Assembly: GCA_015680685.1 (NCBI GenBank)
Contig: MNCI01000690.1
Location: 184,852-248,851 of the forward strand
Direction: 5' to 3'
Source of the DNA: Gnetum montanum
Taxonomy: Eukaryota; Plantae; Gnetophyta
Length of the DNA: 64,000 bases
The notes beneath the pieces were generated by a model. It was given only the letters and a program-made list of their open reading frames with translations. It did no database searches and was not told where the DNA came from. This document shows positions 49,701 through 64,000 of the stretch, piece by piece; position 1 is the first letter of the stretch, and each line of letters begins with the position of its first letter. The translations under genes were made by a program, and so were the position numbers.

Positions 49701-52700
49701 CTAATGCATGTAAACAAGAAGTCAAGGATTTAAACCTCAAGATGTACAATTCTAAATATAATCATAAGAGAAACCTTAAAGTACAGTAGTAGAAACCACT
49801 AGCAAAACATTATGATGCTAATTAAGTAAATAGAGAGTTAGTATCTGTCCTTAGAGGTAGACTTCATTGAAAGATGCAACACCATGCTAGAACTTTTCAA
49901 TGGAACGTATCAGTTTTGAGAAAGAAAATCAAGGATGATGATAAGAGATCCATGAATCCCTTGATGCATCCAATGGTAGGTACTACTTACTTTTGCATAG
50001 ATGCATAGGGCATGGATTTTCTTAGAAGAATTAATTAGACATATTATTGATGAATTATGAAATAAAACAAGAGAGATCCTTGGGGTTTATGCTCAAGGAG
50101 GATTATTAGAGATGAGATCTCATTGAATATAGACACTCATTGATCTAGCAAAAGAAGAAAGAGAATTGAGAAAAAGAGAATCTATGGAGGAATATAATAA
50201 GGACCCATCATTACGTAAGAAGAATAATCATTCCTATGAGATATTATAAGAAGAAAAATTTATAGAAGAGGTGATCTAAAGAAAAAATTTGTCCATGCAA
50301 AAATTTGTTTTTGATATAACAACAAAAGTTGAAAAAAATATGGGATTTTATACATAAAAAGTTTACAAAAATATTAGAAATAGTAGATTAAAAGATAGAG
50401 TAATCATTGATCAAGGAAAAGAAAAGAAAGAAGAAGAAAAAAACAAGTAGATACATGTATAAGTACAAAGGAAAAGCTACTACTATGGAAAAGATTGTTG
50501 ATTTAGATTTGGAAGGAGATGATGGGTGCAATTTATGTAGTATAAACACCCTTTAGGATATTTTCCTATCGTAACACATTTAAAAAAATTAGTAGCATAT
50601 GCTCTTAATCTAAAGTTTTTTAAAAAGTAGATTCCTAAGAGATTACCTTATTCCCAAGATAACTATAGATAGTTCTAATAGCAATAACCATACTATTTAA
50701 GTAGGACTCATTTTCAACCACAAGAATAATAACATTAGTAATGGTAAAAATCATAGTTTTAGGATATGTCATCATCAAGATAGTGATACCTTTATAGATA
50801 ACCTATTTTATAAGGACCATATGTTCAATAACTTATTTCTATGAGAAGTACTTCTACTCATGTATCGTACCATTGCTACTCACTAGAGTATCATAGACTA
50901 GCTTCTCCATGTCTAGAACCACTTTCTTATGTTCTACATCAACCTCCTTCTTAGTAATCTCATAATCTACTTCCTCTAGTTCTACCACCACAAATGTAAT
51001 TAGGGCTACCAACTTAGCCTAAACTAAAAAATGTAACAAGAATAGTGAATACACAAATGGATGACTATACTAGAAACTATAAGTGTGATTCTTTGAAGTA
51101 CCCTTTCTTTAGGATGATTCCTACACCTTTAGAGAGAGATGAAATGTTTATCAGTTCATCTAGATGAGTAAAGAAATTGTCACTATGGCTCTAGCCATAG
51201 TTTTCATGTCTCTAAGATATTCAAAAACGTCCATGCTTCCTTTTAACCAATGTAGAAACATCAAGATTATCTTGCTTACCTAGATAGTAAATAACTAGAT
51301 TACGGCAAGAATTCTTTTCAAGAGAAGAACTAATATGGGAAGTCCATTGATTTATGTATAGATATCTAGAATTTCATTATGTAAAGTAATTCTAGATTCA
51401 AGTTTTATGTTGAACATCATTACACAAGATATGTATAAGGCTTGAAACCCATTTTCATTGAAGAAATTCAATATCTAACTAGAGCTTGTAAATCAATCTA
51501 TTATAGTTCCATTAGGAGAGATAGAATATTTAGTAACCACCATCAATGATTGGTTCTACCCAGTTAATTGTCTAGTTATCTATGTAGGATAAAACAAAGG
51601 TGAGTTCTCAATCATTATGAGAAAAGCTTGGCTTAATGCAATCAATGATAAGCTAGAAATTAGAGATCTATCCCTAAAAATATCCAAGAAGAAGGATCAT
51701 AAAGTCATATAAAAACAAAGGATTCCATGCATTGTGTAACAAAATATGAGATGCAACTATGTGTAGAAAGTGTGGATAATTAAATAAAGAAAAATTCCAA
51801 CATGTAGCAAATTTTTAGAAGAAGTATGTATATAAAAGTGTCTATACATAGCATGCAGTCACAAAATAAGAAGGCACTCAGTAGCTGACTACTAAGGAAG
51901 AATATAAGTTTAAAATATGCATGGAATCCACTAAGAAACTTATAAGTGCCTATATGGATAGAATAGATGAATTGGAACAAGTAAAAAGGCAACTTTTTCG
52001 AACATAATACCAAGAAGAAGACGACATGGATTGGGGAAAGTTAGAGATCCTAGATAATATTAAACTAAATTTTATAGAACTAAAGATATTACTAAACTCA
52101 CTTGAATATGTATTCTTGAATAATAACAAACTGATAATCATTAATGAAAACTAGACAAAAGAACAAAATAAGAAGTTACTGAAGGCTATTAATAAATGAT
52201 CAATAGCCTTTGCATGGTTGTATGATGAAATCATAAGGATAGACCTATACATATGTTAACATAACATTTAGATAGATCCAAATATAAAACCACATTGTTG
52301 ACCATAAATAAGAGTGAATCCAAAATTGAATAAAGTCATCAAACAAGAATTTGAGAAGCTATTAAAGGTGGGATTCATTTGCTCAATTATGAATAGTGAG
52401 TGGATGAGCTCACTTTTTATTCTTCCAAATAAAGATTGTAAGTGGAGGGTATGTGTAGAATTTAGGTTATTGAATATATATATGTTTAAGAATCATTTTT
52501 TCTCTATTTGTAGATTAAGTCCACCATATTAGTGCATAAATACTCTAGTTTTTTGAATGAATATAGTAAGTAGAATCATATTAAAATAGCTCTAGAAGAC
52601 CATGAAAAACCCATCTTCATGAATCATTGGGGAAAATTTTCATATAGAAAAATGTCATTTTGTCTTTGTGATACTCATGTAACCTTTCAAAGACTTATTT

Positions 52701-53659
52701 TAAATATTTTTCAAAAGCATATTGATAATGGTATTGAGGTATTTATGGATGACTTCTCCACATATGGTTCTTAATGTGAATAGACATTGGACCACCTTGA
52801 GCAAGTGCTAAAATGATATGTTAAAACTAATATTAAGCTCAATTAGTAGAAGATTCATCTAATGGTCCAAGAGGACATAGTTTTTGAGCATACAATTTTA
52901 AAAAAAGAAATTGAAGTGAATCCAAATAAAATAAATGTCATACAAGGCATCACCTAGAAGACAAAAATAATTAAATATGTTAGATCATTTCTTAATCATA
53001 ATGGGAATTATAGAAGATTCGTTGAAAATTTATCTAATATTGAAAAACTATTGGTCAAGTTAATAAAGAAATATATATCATTTATTTGATTGAAATAATG
53101 TAAAAATACTTTTGAACTTCTCAAGTAAAAGCTAATGAAAATTTTTATTCTTCAAGCACTAGATTGGTCAAATCCATTTTACATAATGAGATATGCATCT
53201 AATTATGTGTTAGAAGTTGTACTTACATAGCTTAATGATTAGAAACATCCATATTATATTCATTCCCCAAGTAGAAGCATCATAGAGCCTTAACTTAGCT
53301 ATAAAACCATACATAAAGAATTAATGTTAGTGGTGTACACTCTTGAAAAGTTCAAACATCATGTACTCAAATATCTTATCTATGTTTATATCCATCATGA
53401 TGCCATTAGATTTCTAATAAAAACATTTGCAGTGATTCATCATCCTACAATGGCTTATAATCTTAAAAGAATTTAATCATATGATGATATATAAAAGAGG
53501 CGTCAAAAACATACTTGTTAATTAGTTATCTCAATTGTAATGGGATAATGACCTTGATGAAGAACCACTTCTAGAAAAATTTCTAGATGAGTTACTATTT
53601 GCCAAAGTAGTGACAATTTTAAGTTAAATAGACAAATCACAATTTTCAAAGTATCTCAC
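46736..53659 (+). mobile_element. Old, heavily deaminated Athila-like internal region (gag, PR, RT, RNaseH), cut before the integrase core
   Basis: Gag 46873-47500 and 49700-50700, PR ~51320-51740, RT 52200-52950 (NSEWMSSL, WRVCVEFRLLN, EVFMDDF), RH ~53150-53540. Confidence 0.8.
47516..49656. mobile_element. Probable solo LTR (~2.1 kb) of an unrelated, possibly Tekay-like gypsy family, inserted in gag
   Basis: Starts TGTTACATCC and ends ..ATACA; flanks ctagc/caagc (4/5 match); non-coding; gag similarity resumes after it. Confidence 0.5.
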
Positions 53660-54708
53660 TGATGAGACCTCATATGTTAGGTAGCTAAGTTGTGAGGATA
53701 TGACAAAGCATAATTTTTGTTAAGTGTATTAGTTGGATAAGATATTGTAGATGCTATCTCATAGATGCTACATCGCATATGTATTATAGCAGCCCTATCG
53801 ATGCCTCTCAGTTGGATGCGACATTGTAAATGCTATATCGCACTTGCTATGTCATAGATGCTATATCATATTTGCTATAAATTAGCTATGTCAACACATC
53901 CCTATCGATGTAGCCAAATCCATTAATGTATTATAGCATCCCTATCAGTGCCTATATTTTCCTATAAATATGTGATCACTTACTACATATTTAGCATCAT
54001 TTAGTTAATAGTGTAGCCAAACTCTTGCAATTTCTTTCTATAATCTTAGCAAATATTCAATGAGTGCCCACATCATGGGTTTAAGTAAATTGCATGATGT
54101 CTTATTTGAGTGGCATTGAACCTGGACACATTTCATAAATGACAATAAGATCAAGATTGATTCATATTCATTGCATTACTTTGAATTAGAATAGATTTAC
54201 CTTCAATGCAATTTACTCTTCATGTACTTAGTTAATATTAACATTTCCATGCACGCTAATCAATTGGTAGAATGAGCACAACTAGTTTCAAGGGTAAACA
54301 CATATTCTCTTGGTAATCCTAGTATTGTTATTTCTTGATTCTCCTAGTAGCATAACACTTGGTAATTCCAGCTGTGGGCACATGAGTTCAGGATATGTAC
54401 GACAAACTAGGAATTAATACTTATTTCCCTTAGGATAGTTTTAAATTTAATTTTATTATTAATTAGGTTAAATAATTGATTTCTATGTTATTATTCAATT
54501 AGTTTAAGGTTCCAACAATACTAATAATCATATGCCTTACTTTGGACTACACCATACATGATAAAGCTACCACTAGTCTAAGTGAGAAGACAACAACTTG
54601 GGATTAATGCTTAATAATCTAGATACCACACTAGTTCCACCCATAGAATTTGACAGAATTGTACATGAATGCTTGTGATATGTATGGTTTGGTGTAGCGA
54701 TACCCACT
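53660..54708 (+). repeat. Athila-like LTR, truncated a few bases before its 3' end by another LTR
   Basis: tgatg start, repeated gctatatcgca/atcgatg motifs, cctataaaata TATA, and family-type end tgtatggtttggtgtagcgatacccact. Confidence 0.75.
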
Positions 54709-55574
54709 TGATGAGTCATCATGTATACAAGCTACATTGATAGGCATGTGTCGATGCAACCCTATTGACACATGGTTACATGCGTTGATGTTGACACAAG
54801 TGAAGCCTATATAAATGTACATACCAATTACATTTATGGCACCTTAAGTCCATAGCATAGTGAAAATCTTGCAGTTTGATTTCTCTATAGTTAGAATATT
54901 TTTCCTTTGAGTGTCCATAGTATGAACTAAAGATATTATACAAATCCTTATTCGAATGCCATGTACCTAAACATATTGATGTGAATGACAATCAAGACAA
55001 GATTTATGATATTCATTGTAGCATTTCAGATAGTTTAATCTTTTTTACTTGCACTTTACTTTTAATGCATTTTACTTTCATTGGTTTAATTAGTTAAAAT
55101 AATTAATTATAAAAACATATACAACCATTTCAAGCATAATGTATTATACTTGGTAATCCCAAAAGTGGCCATTTGGAATGCCCAACAATTGTTACTTAGT
55201 AAACTAGTAGCATGGATACTAGTTCAAGATATGTACGGTAGGTGGGAATGACTACTTATGGTAGGATAGATAGCAAATAGAGTAGTTAAGTAGTTAGATA
55301 ATTAATCCTTAAACCTTCATTTACACATCTAACCCTTAGGACAAGAAAATATATACATAAAATGCTTACAAAAATATACATCTTAAGCCTTAACTCACAT
55401 TTAACAATACAAATTGGAAACACAAGTATGAGTTAACAAGATAATGATTATAGATTTCCTTGACTCACTATCTATGACTATGAGCGAACTTAGGAATTAA
55501 GTATATGGAATTCAGCTAGATCATTAGTACAATGATTTATATAGTTGGGTGTAGGGGATAGCCACTACTCATCA
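54709..55574 (+). repeat. Athila-like 5' LTR
   Basis: tgatg...ctcatca, followed by decayed PBS ttagcatcacttctagg and gag. Confidence 0.8.
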
Positions 55575-58500
55575 TTAGCATCACTTCTAGGAATTTAGTT
55601 TAGCTAAGTGTGCTAAGTAAGAAAAGACTATGAAGTTATACAAAGACATTGTGAAGATCATACAATGAGTCACTATCATCCATTTAGGGAACAATTAAAG
55701 AAATAATAAAATACCAAAAATCACACTATTTTTATCTATAATTAAAATGACTTATTTTCATAAGGATGAATCTCCACTACATACTGGTGAATCCAATTAA
55801 TAACAAGGGGAATCAAAGAAGCCCCAATAATTGAGGATTGTCTATTCTCATCTAGATCTTTATAATCTAGGTTTCACCTTCATCTTGCATCAAGATGAGC
55901 AAATGCATTGGAGGAACATGGAAGGCAACATTGTGTTTCCTTCAAATCAATCTATTCTTATCATGTTGATGATCAATTTCATTAGGTTGGGCATCACTAT
56001 ACTTAACTTAGAATTTGAAGTCCAAGACTACACCTATAGGGACCATCAATCCACCAATGCCCAATGAAAGAAAGATTAGCACATGGAAGCATGATATGAG
56101 GCTTCTAAGGGCAAGAGAACTCCAATCCAATTATTCCTACAATGATACAAAAAGGATGAGGAGTTCTTTTTTGGACAATCCCAATACATAGATTCTCCTC
56201 CTTTCTATGATGAGAAGACCCTTAACCAAAAATTATAGTTTACTTTGGAGAACCTTGGTGACCGAAAAATTGGATCTCGTGACCAGGAAGCCTCAAAAAA
56301 GAAGAATCATAGCCAATCATCTAAGGGCAAGAATAATGATCAAAATAAAAATAAAGAAAAGCATAAGGATTGAGGTAGGGATTGAAAAAGGAGAACTAGC
56401 AAGCATCATTCCCCTAGTTTTCCTTCTTCATCTTCATCATCCTCTTCATCTTCATCATCAAATTATGATAGGAGAAATAGGAGTTGAGATAAAAGGAGAA
56501 GTGGTTGAGACTAGGATGGGGATGAGTGATAGGATAAAGATGAATGTAGATCCTGCAAGGGTAATCAAGATCAAGGACAAAGACAATCACAAGGAGGAGA
56601 AGTACATCATAGAGACTAAAGGAATAATAGACCTAGTCATAGACATCATGACCATGAAAGGTGCCACTATGATCATCATCATTATATGATGATTGTTTGC
56701 TAGCTACCAAGAATATGCTTAACATTTTAGAGCCAGTAAGAATTCTTACAAGGCACTTGAAATATAGCAAGATCAAGTAGCTTGATATCAATATTATCCC
56801 TAGGTTTAAAGAGGGATATAATGTAGATCCATAAAATCATTTCCAAGCGTTTCATGATGCCTGTGCCTTGCAAAACATAGAAAATGAATGGAAAAAGATG
56901 AAATTATTTCCAAGGATACCAATCAAAGAAGTAGAAAGTTGGTATTGGTCCTTGGAACTGAAATCCATTCGTTGATAAAGTACAATGTTGGAACTCTTCA
57001 ATAACAAATACCAAACATACTCCAGAGTGTCTAACATGTGGAGACAAATCCAATGATGAAAACAAGAAAATCATGAATCTTTGGAGGTAGGCCTGGGCAT
57101 GTACTACTCTTTGTTGTATTAATGCCTAGGCCATGGATACCCCCAAAGGGAATAGCTTTGCCATATTATATATGACCTCAAAAAAGACAAGGAAAACCAT
57201 TGGTATCTATGCCCAAGGAGTACTTTTTTAGTTACAGGCTCATCAAATTCAAAGGTTGATAGACCAGGTGGCTAAAGAAGAAGGAGAGATGAAAAGCATA
57301 AAAGTGTAAAAGAGTATAATAAGGATCCCTCCATTCACAAAAGGGAGGTATGTTTCTATGACTCTAAGGGAGAGGCACCACTTGATGAAGTGGTGAAAAT
57401 GAAGATCTTACTGATACAAAAAATTATCACTAAGATATTAGCCAAGGTAGATAAGATGTGGGAGTCCTTGGATGAAAAGTTCTAGGAAGTTCTAAAAATT
57501 ACAGAGAAAAGAAAAGACTAAGGGAGTAGTGGCCAAGAAAGAAGAAAAATGAAGGATACAAAATAGGGTTATTATTAGAAAAAGGGTAAAGTTGCAGTAG
57601 TTGAAGAGGTTATAGGTTCTAAAATAGATTATGATGGCTATGAAATTTATCGATATGAACATTCTAAGGGATGTTGCCTAGTACTATGAAATCTATAGGA
57701 GTCTCTAGTGTATGCATTGAAATTAAAATTTGCAAAATGGAAAGCACCTAGGCAGTTTCCTTATCCATAAGGCAAATACAGGCAATAGTTTCACCAACAG
57801 ACATATATACAAGTGAAGCATCTCCTCAACCTCAAGATTAGTACCAATAGTGGAAACACTCATAATTATGGGGGATATCACTGTCACAATAGTAGTATCC
57901 CTACAAGTAGCTATACCTTTATGGATATTATGTCTAATGGCCTGTATCCCTTAGTGATTCATCAAAACATGCTTCCTTCTCTCACCACTACTATCCTCTA
58001 GAACATTACAGAGCACCTTCTCCAAGGGGGATTCTCCTTTTTGCTTTCAACCTTCATAACATTTGTCAAATCTTGCATCATAAAAACTACATCCTTTCCA
58101 CCTTTTCTATCCATGTAGAGAGAAATGTTTTCATAGTTACAACAAAGAAATTTCACAAGGGTGATAAATTTACAGCTAGATATTCATCTAAGTGGTTCTA
58201 ACCAAAATCCTTGCAAGAGATCATTTTTCAAAATAAATAGTCCAACAAATCCCTTGCAAACACATGTGGTTGTTAACCATGCCACATCTACCTTTGAAAT
58301 TACCTTCGAGCTACCTTCAAATCAAAAGAACTTCAATGTCCATACTATTATGTTAACCCACACACTTACAAATTAGATAAAGGTGGCCATATTTCTAGAA
58401 AATGATATGATCCTAGGAGCTCCCTCATTTATCTATAGATTGTAGGGAATTAACCATGCAAAGTTCTATTAGATTTAGGTTTTAGGATGAACTTAATCTA

Positions 58501-60305
58501 TCAAGAAATGTATAAAAATTGGAACCTAATTCCTATAAAGAAGAGTAATATCAAACTTGATTTGGCATATCAATCCATCACTATTTCTCTAGGGCTAGTG
58601 GAGGACATTGTGACCCCCTTCTATGGATGGTCATATGCTACAGATTTTCTTATGATTCATGTGGAAAATTGTAAGGGGGACTTCCCTATCATTATGGAAA
58701 GGGCATGGCTTAGTACCATAGATGTCAAAATGGGGATTCATGATCTTTCCTTGAATAGTAGTAGGCAACATCTCTTAGGACATTCATATTGATAAATTTC
58801 ACAACCATCATCATCAATTTTAGAACCTATAACCCCTTCAACTACTATAGATTTGCCCATTTTTGATAATAACCCTATTATATATCCTTCTTTTTTGACC
58901 ACTACTTCATTGATCTTTTCTAGTTAAACTTTCTATCCTTTGGTTATTTTAGTGATTAGTCCTATCACTTCATCATTTGAATGTCAAGTTTTATTTTCCT
59001 TTGGAATCAATTAATCATCCAACTCCTCTCGAAATAGATTTGATCCCTCTTCCATGTTTTACAATCCTTCTATGCTTTTCTATCTTCCTTTGGGCTCTTG
59101 TTTCAATTCCAAACTCCTCCAAAATTCCTCATTTCTACTATGTGAAAAATTAGTCTAAAATAACTATGTTGACGCATCCTTGTCAATGCAACCTGATGTA
59201 TCAATGTGTTCCCATTGACATAGTAGAAAAATGCTATATATAGGGATGAATCTTAGTCAATTTCACCATTTTCTTCTAAATGATAGAGTAGATTTTGCAT
59301 TTTTTTTAGAACCTAGAGCCCTTCCAAGTGCCATAATTCTTACACTTATCACTTGATTCACCTCCTTCTTTAATCCTCTAACTATTGGAGGTATGTTATA
59401 TGTTGTGGAGGCCATAAGCCTTTGGTTTCTTCTAGAAATTTTTTAAAAAATTTTCTAACTTCACAAGTTATATCCATTAAAATATATTAAAATATTGATC
59501 CTAAATAGGTTAAACCTCACAAACAAACTTTGGTAGTTGATTATTAAAATAATAATTTTTTCAAGATCATAAGTAAACCTATGTGTAAGCTATCTAATAA
59601 GAAAAGTATAAAAAGAACTAAGGTTTATAAATTAAAAATGCTAATTCAAGGTTATGTTGGTCATTACAGATGACACCAAAGAGAGAAGCACTAGTAGGAG
59701 GACCTTCCCAACCTAGGAAAAAGTGGCCAAGAGGAGGAAGAGACCAAAAATAGTAACCACAATAGCTTCAAGAGTAAGAGATTGAGGAAACACATGCAAC
59801 ATGGCCTATTCAAAAGGATCTTGAGGTGGAATCTATTTAACAAATTCCCACATTGAAACTAGCCAATCTAGGTAAGATGAAGCTCCTAGGCTAAGGCCTA
59901 ACCTAAAAGTTACACTAGTTGAGACTTAGCTTGGAAAGAATTAGAACCAAGCAAGTTCAATGTTCCATTCTCAACGAACTAAACTTTGGATCCTTCTTAG
60001 AGTTGGCACTGGAGGAAGTTTGCACTTAATTACAAGGGTCTTTGATGTGGTCCATTCTTTTATCTAGTGAAGAATGGTATAGGAGGGAGACCTACCTATT
60101 CTGGAACAATCGGTAAAAGATGCATTTGTTAAGATTAAGGACATCATAGTCTCCTACTTAGTTGAGGATGTTGCAGAGATCCTTAGTTTGCTTGACACTA
60201 GGGTAGCATTTGTAAAAATATCAACCCAAGTAGATATAGAGGCAAAAAAAGAGTGGGTTCAACTTTGCTATGGAGTGAACTGTAAGGAGTATGGTGCACT
60301 CAGAA
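54709..60305 (+). mobile_element. Athila-like element: LTR, gag, protease, deletion of RT-INT, start of extra ORF; 3' truncated
   Basis: Gag 55747-57800 (MKLFPRIPIKEVESWY), PR 58340-58750, extra ORF from ATG 59670 (MTPKR..LNELNFGSFLE). Confidence 0.8.
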
Positions 60306-60309
60306 AGGT

Positions 60310-63300
60310 GAAACGTGTTGGACTTGGAAAATTTAGTTGTTGGAGTAAAAATTGAAAAATCCTAGGTGTTGGAATAGTTTTGACCTTGAATCCTAATGGC
60401 CTTCAAAACATGGGATTCAAGGCATCTTAGATGGTTTGGCCAATCATCCAAGGACTTATGGAACATAAATGGAAATGTAATCAACGGTGTAAATGGAAAC
60501 AAAAATTGCAAATCTAAAATAAAAATAGATACAAAAATGAAAACTTGAACTTAATTATACATAATAATGAATTGTAACTTTATTGGAATTGAAAATTCAT
60601 AAAGTAAAAGGTTTAAAAAGTACAAATTTTTGGTGCCTGGATGCACATGAAGTCACTTGGAAGGAGCTGGTAGGCTATGTTTTGTGCTTAAACCCCATGA
60701 TTTGGATGCTTCTCAACTCTAGTTTCCAGTAACTCCTTGCTAGTTTTCACCAGAATCTACAATTGTGGTTACAAATGGTATTCCACCCTTGAGGCAGTGG
60801 TATCATGTTAGGAGTCTTTAATGCCCAATGTAGATAGCAATTTACTCTCAAAGGTGTTGTAAGATTACAAAGGATTTCTTGGTTTCAAAAATGTAGAAAT
60901 TACTGCTGCTCAAAAGAAGTTGGAACTACTCAAAAAGGTTGGAAACCGAACCAAGGTATTTATGTTTGATTTTTATAGGCTACAAAATTGCTATTTTTGG
61001 GCTTTGTACATCACTATCGTGATTACTAATGGATTGATGTATATTTGTATGTATAACAGTTATAAATTCTCAGCATAGGTAACCATTTATAGTAAGTTTG
61101 GATGCACCATAGCCACCAAAGCCCATCTAGATACTATAAATAGTAAATGAAATTTTGTGACTATGTTGATACCAACCCAACTATGTTGACCTTGGTGGAC
61201 TATGCTGAAGTTTTTGGAAACTGCTAGTGAACCACATGTTTATGCTGGCCATGTTACAACTACTAAAGACTTGGGGTGATTACATTGGCCATTGTTGAAA
61301 AAATGGAAAATGAAAAATCCCAATAATTCCAATGATGGATATGTGCATCTACGCTAGGTTTTTGTTGGAAATGAAAATCCAACACCATCTACACTAGGGG
61401 TAGATTTTTCCAATGTAGTTGAGGCTATACCTCTACAAAACCCCATGAAAATGCTAAATTTGGTAACTTCCAAGGCATTTTTAGCCTTCCCAAGTGCAAA
61501 TATAAACATGAGGTAACTTTTTCCACTTGAGAAGTGAGCCAATAGTGAATTTTTATGCATGTTTCATTCCCAAATTCTAAATTATGCAAGATTGCAGCTC
61601 ATGGACTACAAATGTTACATTTACAATAAAATTTTACCTCAAGTTAGAAAATGAGGGTTACAATTTGCAATATGAATTTTCTTGGTGGTGTTTCATTAGT
61701 TCCTATTTGTTGATGTTTGAAGGATTAGCCTAAGAGACATCAACAAAGCATACAAAACACCACTACAGGTCCATCACTAATGTTTCCTCTCCGCACCTAA
61801 TTTAGTAGTGTCGAATCATGCCAAAGAGTGCTTGTGATGATGGGATAAGGTTATGATAAGGTAATAGAGGGTAAAGGTAGTATTTGGCTATAAGAAAATT
61901 GTTCAATGAATTCCAAATATTATCATCATGGTTATAATATGGCACTAACATGTTGGTCAATCAATATGTCTTCATACTTCATCTTTTGAAGTGTTGGTCA
62001 CTCAACAATGCGTTTGAGAAACCAACACATCACTCCAAAGTTTCTTTTGCCATTAGGCTCAATCCTTTGCATGTTTGAAGCCATTTATTTGTATTTTGGT
62101 CTTCATTGGCCTCTCTACTTCTTAGTAGTTTACTCCCCCATTTGTTTGTGGGGTGAAACCTTCATTGGGTTTCATTACCAAGGCTGGATTTGATTCAATT
62201 TTTCAATTGAATGAGATGTGTTGCATTCAATGGTCTTATAGGTGAAGCATGATGAAGGGATGTCATATAGCCAAAATGCATGAATTTCAAATATTTTCCA
62301 TCATTGTTACTTAAGGGTTAAGAAGGTTATAATCAAGCTACGAGGTTTGGCTCAAGGAGTGGTAATGATAATAATGTGAAATAAGCACTCTTGATATGGT
62401 AGGATAAACTCATTGAATCATACACATTGAGGTCATATGGTCACTTGATGCCATATTGAGGTGCATCCTTGTGATGAATTTGGGTTTCATCCTATAATCA
62501 CAACTCTAATAGAATAAGAAAGCTAGACAAAGAAGTCATGTTGTTACAATACAACCCATAAGGCCATATAAAATAATCAGCTAACCATGTTACCAAAAGG
62601 TCACATTGTTACAATTTTTTATAGTTCATCTATTGTGAAAAAAGAGGTCATGTAGGCTTGCTTGTCATTAGTTGCAAAGGTCATTAGTGTCAACTATTGG
62701 TTCTTATTAGCTACATGTAGTAAGGTTTCAGGTAGGAATGATTGACTAGATTGACCAACTTGTTCTCATCCTTGTCTGCTATTCTGAAGGCTCGATTGCT
62801 ATAGGCCTTAGTGACTAAGAACGGTCCTTCCCAGTTGGTTGAAAATTTATCTACGTGCTCACAAATAACTTTGAGGACTAGTTCTTCTTCTTTCATTTTA
62901 TGCTTATTGAGGTCATGGTGGTGTTGCTATTTATGCCTTTCTTGGTACTGCTCAATGTGATTAAGCATTCATACCTATTGCTCCTCCACTGAGTCTAGAT
63001 CCATGATGCATAGTTCCTTATTCTATTCATTATTGATGAAGTTTAATAGGGCTACTTGGAGCAATGGCACCTATAATTCAAGAGGTAAAACAACTCTAGA
63101 ATAATAAACTAGGCTATATGAGGTTACATCAGTTGTGGTTTGGAACATAGTTTAGTAGGCCCAAAGTGCATGGACAAGCCATTCATGCCACTTGTGTTTG
63201 TTGTTGTTCAACATCTTCTTGAGCAAGTTTATGATGATTTTTTTGCTTTCTTTAGCTTATCCATTAGCTTGAGGGTAATATCGTGATGAGAAGGAATGCT

Positions 63301-64000
63301 TAATGCCTAGGTCATGACAAAAGTTCTTTTTTTATTGGCTACTAAATTATGGTTCATTATTTGTGACTATGGTCATAGGTATACCGAAATGGGCTACTAT
63401 GTTATCAAGTATGAAGTTACAGACTTGTTGAGATGTCATCTTTGTTAAGGGAATAACTTCAACCCAATTCATGAAGTTTTCAGTTGTAGTTATGATAAAG
63501 CTATGCTTTATAGAAGACTTAGGCATTATGGGTCTAATGATATCCAAACCCCATTGTTGAAATGACCAAGTTATTTGAGTGGTATGTAACTCAGTTAGCA
63601 AAACATGTATAAGGTTTCTATGCAGTTGGCAAGTATCATAGGTTTTAACCTTTTATAGGTAGTCACTTTCCAAATAGGGCCAATAATAACCTAACTGTTT
63701 GATCTTAGTAGCCATGACTCTAGGTCCTATATGTTCTCCACATACAGCCTCATGAACCTACTCTAGGACTATGTAGACTTCAATTTTCCCCAAGCACACT
63801 CACAATATGTCATCATAGGACCATCGACATAATGTGTTATTATCTATGATGACATACTGTTTCAATCATTTTCATACAACATCCTTCTAAGTAGTAATCA
63901 AGCCTTATGGAGGTTCACCATGCATAAGGTAAAACTTAATATCATCATACCACTCCTTTGTAGGATCAATATGAACTATGCCTATGGAGTTTTCCTTAGT
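60310..64000 (-). mobile_element. Tat/Ogre-like Ty3/gypsy 3' portion (integrase, 3' region, LTR-like sequence); continues beyond the window
   Basis: WSFQQWGLDII..HSFIITTTENFMNWVEVIPL (63347-63601) and KFSTNWEGPF..VNHSYLKPYY (62711-62896); 60320-61150 resembles 26040-27100. Confidence 0.85.

Overview
AT-rich plant intergenic DNA with no intact host gene. A large-genome seed plant, possibly a gymnosperm, is my inference. The window is a nest of decayed transposons: a hAT DNA transposon pseudogene (BED finger, DUF659-type core, dimerization motif, GT-AG introns), a 5'-truncated Ty1/copia element, a 5'-truncated L1 LINE with a target-site duplication (TSD), at least five copies of one Athila-like Ty3/gypsy family with a tRNA-Asp primer binding site (PBS), Tat/Ogre-like gypsy remnants and a probable solo LTR. 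The Athila-like copies include one full-length 13.1-kb element and one LTR-bounded gag+protease-only derivative. The most unusual region is about 8.55-15.1 kb, a locally duplicated patchwork of co-oriented host-gene fragments (IMP dehydrogenase N-terminus, laccase, MATE transporter and unidentified GC-rich pieces). These are joined differently in each copy and lie next to a Helitron-like 3' end. The Athila-like family also has a conserved N-terminal Gag domain I do not recognise, and a 3' extra ORF with its own LTR-like promoter and splice acceptor. All assignments come from reading the sequence by eye, so boundaries not defined by TSD or LTR ends are approximate.
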